A stretch of DNA of 50,775 nt, from the NCBI GenBank assembly GCA_900617105.1, contig UYFQ01000833.1:1-50775 (forward strand), read 5' to 3'. Origin of the DNA: Hydrurus foetidus (lineage: Eukaryota). Within the stretch, counting starts at the first letter, position 1. Each line of letters starts with the position of its first letter. The translations under genes and the position numbers were made by a program. The notes beneath the pieces were generated by a model that searched no databases, was not told the DNA's origin, and saw only the letters and a list, made by a program, of their open reading frames with translations. Positions 10,302-23,813 of the stretch are shown one piece after another.

Positions 10302-13300
10302 CTACATTATTCCAATACTCTCAACGTTGTCTGCAAATGGTCTCCTTGTCAAGCTTCCCACCCCCTCGAATTTACCGTAAATGCGATCATCCACCCCTGC
10401 ACTCTGCCCCCTCTCCAAGTGCTCTTGATTAGAAATGAATCTCTCTCTGTCGTATGCATCATCATCTGCAATACCACCATCATCATCTTCATCCTCCTCA
10501 TCTCCTCCTTCATTTTCTTGTCTTCGTAGGTGTTCTTGATTCGATGCATATCTCTCCCTGTCGTATGCATCATCATCTGCAATACCACCATCATCATCTT
10601 CATCCTCCTCATTATTATTACCTCTTCCCTCATTCTCTTGTCTTCGTAGGTGTTCTTGATTCGATGCATATCTTTCCCTGTCATATGCATCGTCATCTGC
10701 AATACCACCATCTTCATCTTCCTCATCCTCTCCTTCATCCTCCCTCTCATTTTCTTGTCTTCTCAAGTGTTCTTGGTTTGAAATGTATCTCTCTCTGTCA
10801 TATGCATCGTCATCTGCAATACCACCATCTTCATCTTCCTCATCCTCATCCTCACCTTCATTTGATGCTCCATTTTCTTGCCTTCTTAAGTGCATTTGAT
10901 TGGATACAAACCTGTCCCTATCGAATGCTTCATCGTCTGCGATGCCATCATCATCCACAACACCACCCCCTGCATATCTGAGTTGTCTCGTCTGCACATC
11001 ACGTGGCTGTATGCGCTGTGTGTTTTGATTTCTCCCATCACTACTAGAGTTCTCACCATGAGCATGGATATCACGGTGGGGACGGAAGGGGTATTGGGGG
11101 GAGGGTAAAGGGAGGGACAAAGGCAATCCATCAGACGCTACACGTACGTTCCTAGCTTGAAGTCGCTTGATAGACAAATTCTGTTGATCAGTTGGGAGGA
11201 GGACGTGTCTGTGTTCGTACATTGCCTTGTTGCACTCCGCTCTGTGTGGGTAGTCCTCATCGTACTCGCTGACTCCCTGATCTTTCCGACAGCACTGTGT
11301 GGGCCAGAGGGACTGGATGATGAAGGCTGCGGGGGTGGCTAGTATGATGATGCTCAGGAGGACATCTGCGGAACATAACATAACATAGCATTGTTGAGCA
11401 TGAATGGATTGAGAATAAGATAAGATCATAAGAGAGATAGTGATGGTGATTGTCTATCTCTGTGACACATCGCATTCCATATTATGATACCATTGAGAAG
11501 AAGATAAGAAAGCAAATTGAGAAAAACAACAAATTAAATCAACGATATTGAAAAGGATCGAATAAGGGAAAAGTTTAACGAAACGTACCGTAAGCCTGTA
11601 CGGTCAAATAATCTGTATTTGTGCTGTAAATCATATTTCCAGCACCATTTAACGGATTGTTCGTTGTATCCACACGAAGAAGCAGTAATACCAAGAGCAG
11701 TAAAATGATCTGAACGTTCGAGATGTCAGCTAGTGATCTCAACCAAGGTGATCGGTGGGGACGGAAGAAAGAGTATACAGAGGTGTTGAGAGCGGAGAAT
11801 GCGGTCATGAGGACGATCTGTGTGTGTGAGAAAAAGAGAGGGAAGGAAAGAGAGTAAGTGTGTGTGCGTGTGTTTGTGTGTGAGAGAGAGAGAGGGTAGG
11901 GTAGGGTAGGGTAGGGTAGGGTAGGGTAGGGTAGGGGAGGAGAGATAAAGTGAGATGTAGCGTATTTGGTGCATTCTATGTCCAGGAGCAAACTTATATA
12001 TTAGACAATGTAACAAACGAAAAGTGATGCACATTTCTTTGGACATAAAGCTGACCTGTAAGGCGGACCCTTGAAAAATCATTTGAAATAATCCGATAAA
12101 AAGAATTCTTCTCGAACATTCCACGCACTCCCAATACCAACAAGAAGGAAAGTATTCCTAGGAAATATATGGTGATATTAGGTGAGTAATTTGTTTGAAA
12201 TAGGGGTAAAATTGGAGGTAGAGTATTGGACAAATAGTAGTACACATCTTTCGAAATTCATTGTTTTGAAGTGCCATAGATTTCTATGACGTGTGAAGAA
12301 CACTTCAGATACCGATCGATCACGCAACTTCTGGGATTTTTGTGAGCGGGACTTTGGGTCATCATGCAACTAAAGTTGCGTGATGACGCTACTTCCTTTA
12401 TTACATTAGGTGAGGGGTGGGGGGTGGGGGGTGGGGGGAGGGGTCTGAAAAGTTGCGTGATCAAAAAGTATTTCTTGATAAATGTCGTAGTGCTGCGTCA
12501 TAAAGTCATCTACTAGATATGCGCCATACTGCACTCCACTGTACTGCATTGTGATGACTAAAGAACGTAAATACGTACGTACCTCAAACAAAAATCTTGT
12601 TGAGTGTATGTTCCACTGTATGTTCTTGTTATACGACAAGACTTTTCTATGGTCATGCACGTGATCAGTGTTGAGATTGTCTCCGACACTTAGCTGTGTG
12701 TGAGAGGGGAGGTTGTAGTCGTTGCCGGGATAGAGATACTCCGGATAGGCGTTCTTATCATGTTCAACATCCCTTGCCCTCTTTTCAGCCTCTCTTTCTC
12801 TTTGTTCATGCCATGTTCTTTCTGTTTGTCTTTCCCTCTCTAGTCTAATTTCTCTTTCATGTCTCTCCCTTGATTGTTTTTCTCGTATCTCACATTTAAC
12901 TCGATGTTTCTCTTCTCTTTCACGAGCCTGTCTCACTCTTCTCTCATGTTTCTCCATCCCAACCTTTCTCTCCTCTTCTTCTCCCTCTTCCTCCCCTTCT
13001 ACTCCTCCCTCAATACCCACCTCCTCTCCTTCCTCTGAATCATCATTATCACTATCTCCTTCATCATTTTCTCTACTCCCTACACTCTTTTGATGCGAAA
13101 TGAGTACATACACTTCTTTGTCTTCCTCCACTTCATATCTGCGAATAATGTCCTTGCGATGAAACGCTAATTTCACTAAAAAGAAAAACTGAAAATAGGA
13201 TGAAATTAGGACTATTATGCAATAATTGAGGATAAATGACGTACTGTATACTAACGACAAAAGTTAAAGGCACGGAATGTTATTCAGTCTCTGTCTGTTT

Positions 13301-16300
13301 CCGTAGATCGTACAGGCTTACTGTATCATTATACCGTGGTGCCCGTAACTTACGTCTAAACTCCAACGGAATTCATCACACAAAGAAGCGTAACCGTAAA
13401 ATAGAAGATGCCTTCTGTTTTGTACTCCTCTAATGTATTCTATCGCATCGCACCGCATTATCTTCCACCATGTATATCTAATACAATACAATCAATTCTA
13501 ATTCCAAGACACCAAATTTAAGATCTGTGTAGATCCTCTCTTCACAACACTATAGTAGACCGTTGTACACATGAAAATTTGTATGAAATCAGCGTACATA
13601 AATACACACGTTCATACACACGTACGTACCGTGATTCCGAAGGGGAAGAGGGCGGTGCTTGCGAGTGCCCAGTAGACTCCTCTGAAATACTGTTCCGACA
13701 CACAGGACAAAGTGGCCTCAGCACTGTGTGGAGTGCGTGTGCATGTGGGTGTGTGTGTGGGTAAGAGAGAGAGAGAGAGAATTCGTGTGTGTGGAATGGA
13801 TTGAGGAAGGGGTGTGCGTGTGTGCGTGGTAGAAGAAATAGAGAGAGGGTGTGCGTGTGTGTGCGGGATTGAAAGAGAGAGAGGGTGTGTATGTGTGTGC
13901 GGGATGGAAAGAGAGAGAGGGTGTGCATGAGTGTGCGGGATGGCTGACTAGAAGGGAACGTGCGTGTGTGGCAAATGGAATATATAAAATAGGAAATGAT
14001 GTGTGTTAGTATTTCCATTCATGTAAGTGTCCATGAGCGCTACTTGAGCCATGGACAAGAATGGAGTGATTACCGTAGGGAGTGGTAAGAATTCTGGAAT
14101 ATCCCTTCTGGGTCCAGGTCTTGACAGAGGTACGTGCTAAATATCGCTGATGACGTGTTCGCAAGGCACACAAAACTGATGGAAAAGAATATGAAAAATA
14201 TAGAAAAAAAGACAAGAAAAAGGAAAATATAAGATAGGATATGGTAGGATGAGATAAGAAAAAGCAAATGATCAAATGCAAAGTTTACGACAAGTAATAA
14301 AGTGTAACACTTACAATAGGAGGTATATGAGAGTGGCGTAGAGAGTTCTCCTCTTGCGCGTCACTCTGTCTCGCTGCTGACCGACTAGGGTCTGGTCTGT
14401 GAGTGTGTGTATGCGTGTGTGAGTGAGTGGGGCTGGGGGTGTAAGTTTGTGGGGTGAGTGTGCATAGAATAGTGTCAGCGCATTCTGTGTGGTGTACACG
14501 TTGTGTGGGGTATGGAGCTGTCTGGTGTGTGGGTATGTTACATCGACAGTGACTGTTACCAGATAAAACATGACGAGAAGTGACGAGTGAAACCTGCATT
14601 AAACGTTGATCCGCTCAGCTTGTCAGGTAATTTCTTGTTTCCGTTATCGTCTACGCAATTACCATTACCCTTACTTCTGTCCTCATTGATGTCTTTTGCA
14701 TCGTATTTCTGCATTGTAAAATGTTTGTGTGCGTGTCTGCATACTTCATGGCACAGGAAAATTAACACTGGAATAATGAAAATTTACGGAGAGTATAAGA
14801 AAATATTCGTGTCAAAATCAAGAATCAAAAAATGACAAGCACGAATGGAGAGTAATTCAAAAAATTAGCTGCGACATCAAGAAATAGCTGGTGTATGAGA
14901 TAAAACGTACCCAAGGCGAAAGCGGTTACGAGAGGCGTGATTGTGACTATTTCGAGCCACATCAGACTGTTCAGAGTTTGGAACTGAGGAACGGAAGGTG
15001 CCAAGCAGTTTAGTGGCAGCTGCTGCAGAGAGCCCAGAGAGAGATGACTGGGTAGGAAGAGAGGGACGGGTGGGGATGAAAAGGATAGGTGGAGTAATAG
15101 AGATGTGAGAGGGGAGTGAGCATTGTGTGTGAGGATTAGAAGGGGGATGAAAAGGGGCAGGGTGATGCGTGAGATGACTGGATAGGAAGGAGAAGGATGA
15201 GAGAGAAGTCTGAGTGAGGATGAGAAGAACGAGAGGGATGAGAAGGGGGATGAGAAGACGTGATAGAGATGTGAACGAGAGGCGTGGAGGAAGAGTACGA
15301 TTGGATTAAGAGAGATTAGATGCGATTGAATTACATAATACTACCACAGTCCAACATAATCTCATCTAATCCAATACAGTGCAATCCAATCGAACACAAT
15401 CCAGATATGTTTCCACGCACCTGTATACCCTCAAGATGGATGATGCCACTGGAGGAAATCCCAGTCGAAGGATTCCGGGGAGAGCAGATATCATCTATGA
15501 TAGAATACAATACAATAGAATAGAAGAAAGAAGTTGAGTTGGGATATCATCAAGTCTTTTTTATCACCTTTTAATTTATCATTGCTATGATGATTATTGC
15601 TGTTATAGCAATAATACTCATAACAAAAACATTTTATGTTATCAAAAAAGAATACATAGTTATGCTATGATATAAAAAATGGACCTGGAGGGACGAAATC
15701 AAAATCTTAAGTCGAGCCAACCAAAAAAACAGAAAAACCTCTTTTCTATCTTCATGTTCATTTCTCCTGTTTAAAAAACGTAAAGAAAAATAAGATTCGT
15801 GATCAGAAGACTGCAGTATGATGTGGTGAATGCGGTGCAAAACGTGTACGCATAGCCTCGTGAAAAATTTGAAATAACGAAGATTCCATTTCATAACATT
15901 TAGATCACGATTTTTTTTTCTTCCAATCTACGTCAATGCACGTAGACTGAATAAAGTCGCTATCCAACAGCATGCAATTAAAAAGTTACCTTTGTATGTA
16001 ATATTCTGATTGAGAATTTTTATTATTTATTCCAAAAAAAGTTCCTAAAAATGAATTTTTCGCCATTTCATGATCTTCTATCAATGCCGTACGAGCTGAT
16101 TGGCCATTTGAATCGATAATACTGGAGACATCTTTTAGGTCCGAAAAAGCATATCCACTGAATGCAGTACCAAATCCACCCAATAATGAGCAAATAAAAA
16201 CAGGAATGAATATTGCCAGAGGAATCATTAAGCCCAAACCTTTGATTTGAAAAAATAGAACAATAAATAAGGAAATGTTCACAAGGATTTAGTGCTTTGA

Positions 16301-17655
16301 AAAGAGTTTTAGATAATGCGGTATTATAATTATTCTATTTGCTAATAAATGAGTTGTTTTGCGAATGAGTGAATTTCTTAAAATTTACATACTCGTACAA
16401 TTTGTTGAGATCTCATGCTGAACACTTAATACCGATTATAGCATTATCAATGCACGCACATAAAGTACATAGGTATCGCACAGACGTAACTAGAAGACGT
16501 ACTGTCAAGATCACAACTACACAGCAATATCTTGTTTTTGAAATCTATAAACATCGTACTTCTAGAAGGCAACATTTATCACTCTTTATTCATCAATATA
16601 CTTCAAGAGAATCCGTGAAACTGCTGTCTAATTTTGACCGAGACACAATACTCTTTTCACTCACCGATCCAGATCACATAGTCTCTGCACGTGGCGCATT
16701 TTTGTAAAGATATATCCAAAAAACTGAAATGAGATAAAATGGAAAAAATAAGTAAATTGGTAGAAATGAAGAGGGGTGGTGCAAACATACAGAGGTGACT
16801 TTTTGTTGTGAGATCACTGGTATAAGGCATAAAAGTGCCGGGATGGAATGTGCATCATGAGGAGGAGGGTAGGTGAGAAGTAAAAATTAATCAATTCTGA
16901 AAGGAGGGAAATGAAATAGAAAATTTCATCTGCAATACATGAAGTGGACATAATTACTATGCTGTTACAATCGTAGATGCAAAATACTGCTTCCATGCAA
17001 ATAAATTGAATTTATGGCGGTGATAGCAGAGACATTATTTAAACGCACCGTTCCGTTGTACACGTGTCGCACAGTGGACCTCTGTACCCGGAAGCACACG
17101 TCTGACTATCCGAAGGAGAAAAGGAAGAACCGCCTACCAGAAGAACAAGAACAAGAATGTTAGGAATTCAACATTAATCACATAGAAATCATTTACTATT
17201 TTGCCTCATGAGAAGAGTGCGGTATAGATTTGTTGAGCAGGGAGAGTATTTTCTCTTTTCTAAGCCTCTACAGTCATCATATGGAGGTAACGGTTACGAT
17301 GATTTAGGTGAGTGATGAGTGATAACTGCGGTCAAAATCAGACAATAGCTGTATTTGACTAATTCATAGGAATGACAACGAGTTCTAAGGATGCACCTAG
17401 GCATGCTTCTGCGATGGGGCACTTGATAGGATTCACTGTTTCTGTGGATAGCTTCCAATATCCGGGCGGTACATTCAGAGGGGACGAAGATGTCTCCCAA
17501 GATGAAGTGATGGCAGTCTTCAAGGAATTAGCATTGATATCATTGGAGGCACAATTGTAATCGACCCTCACCGACTGCCCTCTTAACGACTGGGCGAAAC
17601 ACAAATTAAAAAGCAGGCAACACAGAAGACTGAACAGGACGGAATTATGGAACAT
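10302..17655 (-). CDS. Multi-exon membrane protein: signal peptide, Cys-rich ectodomain, ~7-TM C-terminal domain and acidic repeat tail
   Basis: Collinear exon peptides flanked by AG/GT: MFHNSVLFSLLCCLLFNLCFAQ; PPGYWK...CPIAEACLG; CASGYRGPLCDTC (~17060-17130); ARLKILISSLQ (~15700); ISALPGILRLGFP (~15460); LMWLEIVTITPL (~14950); SSAIFSTYLCQDLD; AEATLSCVSEQYFRGVYWALASTALFPFGIT (~13630-13720); EYFPSCWYWECVECSRRILFIG; FFRPHRSPWLRSLADIS; last exon ends at 10302. Not all exon boundaries are resolved. Confidence 0.8.
10415..10955 (-). repeat. Five coding repeats of ~40 aa (DGGIADDDAYDRERYASNQEHLRRQENE plus acidic linker)
   Basis: Seen directly in ORF 10302..11429 and as ~115-125-bp DNA repeats. Confidence 0.9.
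11894..11936. repeat. (GGGTA)n intronic microsatellite
   Basis: About 8 units, next to GA and GT tracts. Confidence 0.9.
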
Positions 17656-18294
17656 TTCGATATCCACGCGGTAATCCGAAGTGTAGATCTAATTCTGCTG
17701 CATGACTGCTGCCTGGAAGATAATCGGATGTGGTATTGTGTGACCCAGTCATCCTGCTCAAACATGTTATCTGATGTATGCATATGGTATTCTCTGCTAC
17801 GACGAGATTGGATTGACTTTACATTTCAATCCAATCTCATCATCGATGAGAGGAGATCAATCCAATCTGACCGGATACGACGGGGAATCAGCCACATCAA
17901 AAGTCGATGTTGAAAGATGATAAGAAATCAAGATAGATCGCTACAGCATGACAGATGATAGAGAATCAATCCAACTTGACATCAACATCGATCAGGATCT
18001 CGGACCGATTAAATTACAGTTGAGATTGGGGATCGAAGATCTTCTTCCAGATTTTCTCTTCAAATCACTTCGCCTCCAAAATTCAAACCTTTTCTTGGGG
18101 GAAGTGTTGCGAGTTGCGCATGATGAGCAAGTCATCCAAATTTTGGTTACTGCTAACATTTTGATGCGCTGCCACTCACGTGATTGACTGCAATCTCAAG
18201 TCCCAACTCGACACAGTGTATTCATTGTTCGATTGTGACAAACATTTAGAGTAGCAATTGCAACTGTACCAGTAACTGTTGTGACATAATCGAT

Positions 18295-20591
18295 ATGCAA
18301 CACGGTGGCGACAGTACGGCTTGGCGGAATGCTTTCGGAGCGACCGCAGCGATATCACTTATACCGAATTTGATATTGTTCGCTATCCCGACGAAATTAT
18401 TGAGCAAAGATTCTAGTAGCAAAATAAACTATCAACATGTCCTCCTGTGCTTCGCTTCAGGAGCCCTTTTAGGTGCGTCACTGAATTCTTAACAGGAATA
18501 ATATTGATAAAGCGTCGAAGAAACCCTTAATTGAATTAGAAGCTGTCTGAAAAGTTGAGTTGTTGTCTGATAGCCAATCGCTTCGTAGACGAGCATTACT
18601 AAAGTGCTTCTTTAAACTCTGTCAGGCGATGTAGTGATACATTCTTTACCTCATTTACTTGCTGGGGACCATGGCGAGCACGACGACCATCATCATGATC
18701 ACTCAAAAGACGCCCACTCTGGCCACAAGGAAGATCATCATGACGATCACAGTAACATGATTTACATCGGTGTTCTGATTCTACTAGGATTTTTATTCTT
18801 CTTCATGACGGAGAAATTCGCATCGAGGCATATGCACTCACATGCGCATTCCAACAGCCAAAAAAATGACGTTGCCGCAGATGAAGCAAATCAGGTAAAG
18901 ATCACAAATATCGTCACCAAAGAACCCTCGACTGAGATGAGGAAGCGAGTGGGAAAAGACAAAAATGCTGACTCTATTTTGACAAAGGACATAGACGACA
19001 ACAACGGCAAGGACAAAGAAAAGATGAAGGGAAGCAGCGTAGTCCTCATTGACTACCTCCCATCCTTTTCAAAGCTCAGCGCATCCGGTTGGCTTAATTT
19101 GGTAGCCGACTCTATGCACAATTTCACAGACGGAATAGCACTAGGTGAGTTGGGAAGAGGGAGTTGGGAAGTGAGAAGAAGAAGAAGAAGAGGGAGTGGG
19201 GAAGTGAGAAGAAGAAGAAGAAGAAGAAGAAGGAGCGGGGAAGTGAGAAGAAGAAGAAGAAGAGGGAGTGGGGAAATGAGAAGAAGAAGAGGGAGTGGGG
19301 ACGTCAGAAGAAGAGGGAGTGGGGAGTCAGAAGAAGAGGGAGTGGAAGTGAGAATAAGAAGGGAAGCGAGAAGAAGACTAGGGAGTGAAGAAGTGAGAAT
19401 AAGAATAAGAGGAAGCGGAAGAATAAGAGGGAGTGGGGAAGTGAGAAGAAGAGGGTGTGGGGAAATCAGAAGAAGAAGAAGAAGAAAGAGTGGGGAAGTG
19501 AGAAGAAGAATAATAAGAGGGACTGGGGAAATGAGAAGAAGAGGGAGTGGGGAAGTGAGAAGAAGAGTGTGTGGGGGAGCGAGAAGAATAAGAGGGAGTG
19601 GGGAAGTAGGAAGAGAGAAGTTGGCTGAGACATTGCTTACCGTACTGATAATCACTGCAATTATTATTATTTCACACCTTCGTCTCATCTCCTCCCATCT
19701 TATTTAATTTCTGATTATCTCTTAACATCTTATCACATCAAAATTTTACCTCCTATCCATGATTTTCTCCCCCACTTCTTTTTTCTATTTTTAAGGCGCA
19801 TCATTCTCAAGCGCAAGTAAAACGAAATCAAGCTATTTGGGTGTGGCGGCACTGTTCTCAATAATGTTCCATGAGATTCCTCACGAATTAGGAGACTTCT
19901 CCATTCTCATCGAAAACGGTTTCACGTACGTCATTTTTATTAGTATTTAAATCATGTTTTTCAGTATTACATTTGAGAGCAGCTGATTTGGCTTGGTGGA
20001 TTTTGTGCGTAAATTATTCTATTACTCCGCAGACAAACTTGTTTATTCTTCTTTGTAGATGTTTTGGTCTGGTCTGGTCTGACCTGACTTGACTTGACTC
20101 GACTCGACTTGACTTGACTTGACTTGACTCGAATAAGTCGATAATGTGAATAAGTTATTGTTTTCATTTTATGTCATTGATATTGTTACTGCTTACATCT
20201 TCTATTCAAAATGATTGTTAAAATTACATATTTATCTATGATAATTACTGATATTTATGTAAATATTATTGTCTATTTTATTTTATTTTATTTTATTGAT
20301 TTCATTTTTTTACATCATAGGAAATGGGAGGCTATAAAAGCTCAGTTCATAACTTCAATCGCAGCATTCGTAGGAACGTTTGTCGGACTGTACTTACAAA
20401 GAAATGAAAATGCGGAGAAGATTATGTTGTCTGCTACATCTGGTGGCTTTCTATACATCGCAACAGTCGGCATCCTTCCTACTGTGATTAACAAAGAGTC
20501 TTCTATATTACAAATATGCTTTGAGGGTATGGGATTTTTATTGGGTGTTGCATTTATGGTTGGCGTTGCTGTGTTGGAAGACCATCACTGA
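18295..20591 (+). CDS. ZIP zinc transporter, LIV-1 subfamily (ZIP7/KE4/IAR1-like); exons 18295-18472, 18626-19144, 19796-19925, 20321-20591
   Basis: The spliced product has LLCFASGALLGDVVIHSLPHL, His-rich loops, GWLNLVADSMHNFTDGIALGASF, the HEIPHELGDF signature and GGFLYIATV. All three introns are GT-AG and keep the frame. Confidence 0.95.
19150..19620. repeat. Purine-rich minisatellite (GGGAGTGGGGAAGTGA(GAA)n) in ZIP intron 2
   Basis: Degenerate tandem units between donor 19145 and acceptor 19795. Confidence 0.85.
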
Positions 20592-21685
20592 GGAATTTAC
20601 AATCACATTCAATCATGCAACACAAACAGCGTTTAGATAATTAAACTCCTGCGAAATAATCCACTTTACTTTTTATGCTATTCGCGTCATTTTACCGCTT
20701 ATTACATCGTATCATACTTTCATCGTATACATTCAACTTTTAACTTTTTTGACGATATAATACAATTCGAAAAAACCTTTCAATTTTTTATTCGCACACC
20801 GAGGCAGAAAGGATCTACGGTATTCACGTACCAAATCTAAATTCCAACTCCGACAATTTGAACTACTCTTAGGCGACATTTTCTACGTGGCGTTTTAGAC
20901 TTATCATCATGAAGTGTTACACTCGTAGCGTCATAAGAGGTATAAGGCGAGAGGGGAAATTTAGTTCTTTGTTTCCGTGTTTCTAATGCGTCTATAGCGG
21001 TGTCTGGATCGAAGGCATAGCACAGCTGTTGCGGTGACTGCACAGTTGCCACCTGTATCGTTCATCAGATGGCAGCATAGCATGAGATAACTCGGGACAT
21101 AGCTCCTTCAGCAAGGTGCTATTTGACAGACAATACGAAATATAACGTACAGAAGGCTACTCTCGATAACACGGCACTTAATAGAGGTCGGTGCAGTCTT
21201 ATCATAACAGAATAAAATGTCCAATATAGACCCGAAAACAGGTTTGAGCGCGTTGAAGTCACCATGTAATTTCAACTTTGAAACCGTGTGTATTTTCGGA
21301 CATTTAATTCTGTTTTGGTAATATACATAACAGGTAACGGGAAATTTCAATATTTGATAAATCGAAATGCTGCTTTTGCCCGTAGGTATACAGTGCTATA
21401 GGGGACAGGGTTTCTCAATATGACTTATAGTTGAACTCACACCTAAACAGGAACATTGTATTTCCATGCTCGAATATGACCGCTGCAAACAACGCATGAC
21501 ACTCTATATTCGTCAAATACGCTTGAAGGAAATCCCGAAAATTGCTGTTTTGTTTTGACTTCGACAATATGGAAAAACGGAGTAGAAGTGTGCCATTGTT
21601 CCGCACTAGAGGAAAAGAAAAGAGAAGAAGACAGAAATGATAGTCACGCTATGGTACAGCATGGGCAAGGAGTTAACTGATAAGA

Positions 21686-21867
21686 TCAAGAGACGTGTTT
21701 AATTGCTGATCCACTTTTAATCTGGACCCACCCCTATATTATACACGACACAAAAACTACATCGTACTGAGAGCTTCAAACGTATGGTACAGTTTGTGTG
21801 TGTGAATTGTCGCGTATAGGGGTGGGTCTAGATTCAAAGTGGATCAGCAATTAAACACGTCCCTTGA
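21686..21867. mobile_element. MITE (~180 bp) with ~53-bp TIRs and PIF/Harbinger-like termini
   Basis: TCAAGAGACGTGTTTAATTGCTGATCCACTTTTAATCTGGACCCACCCCTATA is mirrored at the right end with three mismatches. No clean TSD. Confidence 0.8.
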
Positions 21868-23813
21868 GATGCATGATAAGACAACCTCCGCAATGGGACT
21901 AAAACAGTGTAATGTTTCAAAGACTTCTTTCAAAGATATGCAATGTAATTCAATCCACTTCACAGCAGCTGGGTTTCTTTGTTTTTTTCTCCGTAGATCA
22001 TAACATAACCAAAAAGAAAAGAAAGTACCCAGCGAAAAAGATTTTGAAAGTCAACTTTGTCTTCTTTATTGTGGCGCGAAATGAAAAGAAATTAGATGAA
22101 TTGGTTTAAAATGGTGAAAATATCACGTAATTACCCTTTCTATGATTAAATGAAAAAATACATTATCATCATCACAACACCAGTATCTAAAAATTTGTTT
22201 TGTGCATTAATGAAGTATGCTTTATTTCATTTGCTAACAGGCTAGGCTGTACCGCATATCAAAATTGCTGGGGAAGGATGTATACAGGGTTATATTGAAC
22301 AGAAGAAGAACAGAAGAACAGAGGATGAAAATGACAGAAGTTGTTCTCCGATTTTGAGAGCCATGCTAATGTTAGGAAAGATAGGATTGCTGAGTTATGA
22401 TGTGCGGCTTTATTAGATAAAGAGGAAGAGGAAGAAAGAGAAGATGGCGACAAATCAATCCTCAGGGATGAGAATCATTAATACAGCATGTCAGTCATTT
22501 CTTCGCCACTATACTTTCAGATGAATCTCTCTTCTCTCCTTGAAGGATGAGTCCATCAAATTGAACTTTCTTTTAAGCAGCGCCCGAATCTTCCAAATGT
22601 GTCGTGTTGTTTACAGTTACAATTGGTAATGTTCTTTTCTCCACGAGTATTTCAATCATCTCATTCTGCTATTCCCAGAACTCTTCTCCTTGTCAGCCAC
22701 TCTAATATGTCTATCTTAATTAAGCTCTCATATCTCGCTTAAAATCTAAACCGAGCTTCCTTAGGATCTGCCGTAGCTACAGCCTCATATCTGGTGAATG
22801 CAAAGAGGGGCATAGTTAGAAGAGAAGCGGTGCGGTTTAGATGAACTCAAAAGTCATCAAAATATATTGAGAATGGCACGAAAGATATGTTTCTAAGCGG
22901 CTTTTCCACCAGAAAGCACAAAACATATGGAACGATATAACTTTGACGCGTACCTATACTCAGGGTAAATGAGAGGATGCCATTGATGCATCCAAGCGCA
23001 AAGCCTGAAATGCCGAAGAGTCGAAGTGAAATTAGTTTTTGATGGTATTGTATTCATCATCTGCGGAGTGATTGGGCGGCATGATTGAAGTGATGCGCAA
23101 AAGTGTCTGTAACTCGAGTCCGAGTAGTTCAAGAAGTAGAAAAGCGAATGGTTTTGAAGTCTTACCAAAGAATCCACATCGCGACACAGAGCACAACCGT
23201 GATGACAGAAATTACTCTGAAATTAGTGATTAATCGAGGTTAGTGAAATCCGATGACAAAAATCATCGTCACTCAACAAGAAGTGGACTTACTGGAAGTT
23301 GTCCTTCGAGACGTATCCTCCTCTTGAGAAAGCATAAAACCAAATTATAACAACGGCGGCTGCACCGATAAACAAACCAGTCCCATTCGAAATTGGAGGA
23401 GGCGCCATTGAACTCATGCTGACTGTGGTCTTTGAAACCTAAAATCGCTGTAGAGCTCCTCGTTTGTCTTACTTTGAAAAGGTTTCTGAAAGGATATTGG
23501 TATTCGTTTTTATTGTGGAAAGCAGCACAGGCACATGTTGACCTGTCACAAGTCACAAGTTGTTGTTGTCACAAGAAGTTTTTTAAAAAGCACACACTAA
23601 AACTCCATTTATTAGATGTAATAAATTCATTAGATGCAACATAAGCATAGATGGTGGTGCTTTGCTGCTACACAGTACATATACCCACCCCGGTTTGCAG
23701 ATTTCGGGATAGGAGATTGGAGGTATTTAGATGACATTTCATGAAAAATTTCAAGTCATTTCAAGTCCTCCACAATTGTGAGTAGAGATTAGATCTTCCA
23801 CACTGGCGTCGAG

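Noticed and set aside
11894..11936. Telomeric repeat
   Set aside because: Short, intronic and embedded among other microsatellites.
19053..19707. Arg-rich ZIP extension and Leu-rich antisense ORF
   Set aside because: These are translations of an intronic minisatellite. Splicing 19145-19795 restores the ZIP motifs.
22200..23640. Degenerate Harbinger-like transposase (minus-strand FRF and GCING fragments)
   Set aside because: Requires several frameshifts and rests on motifs too short to support a call.
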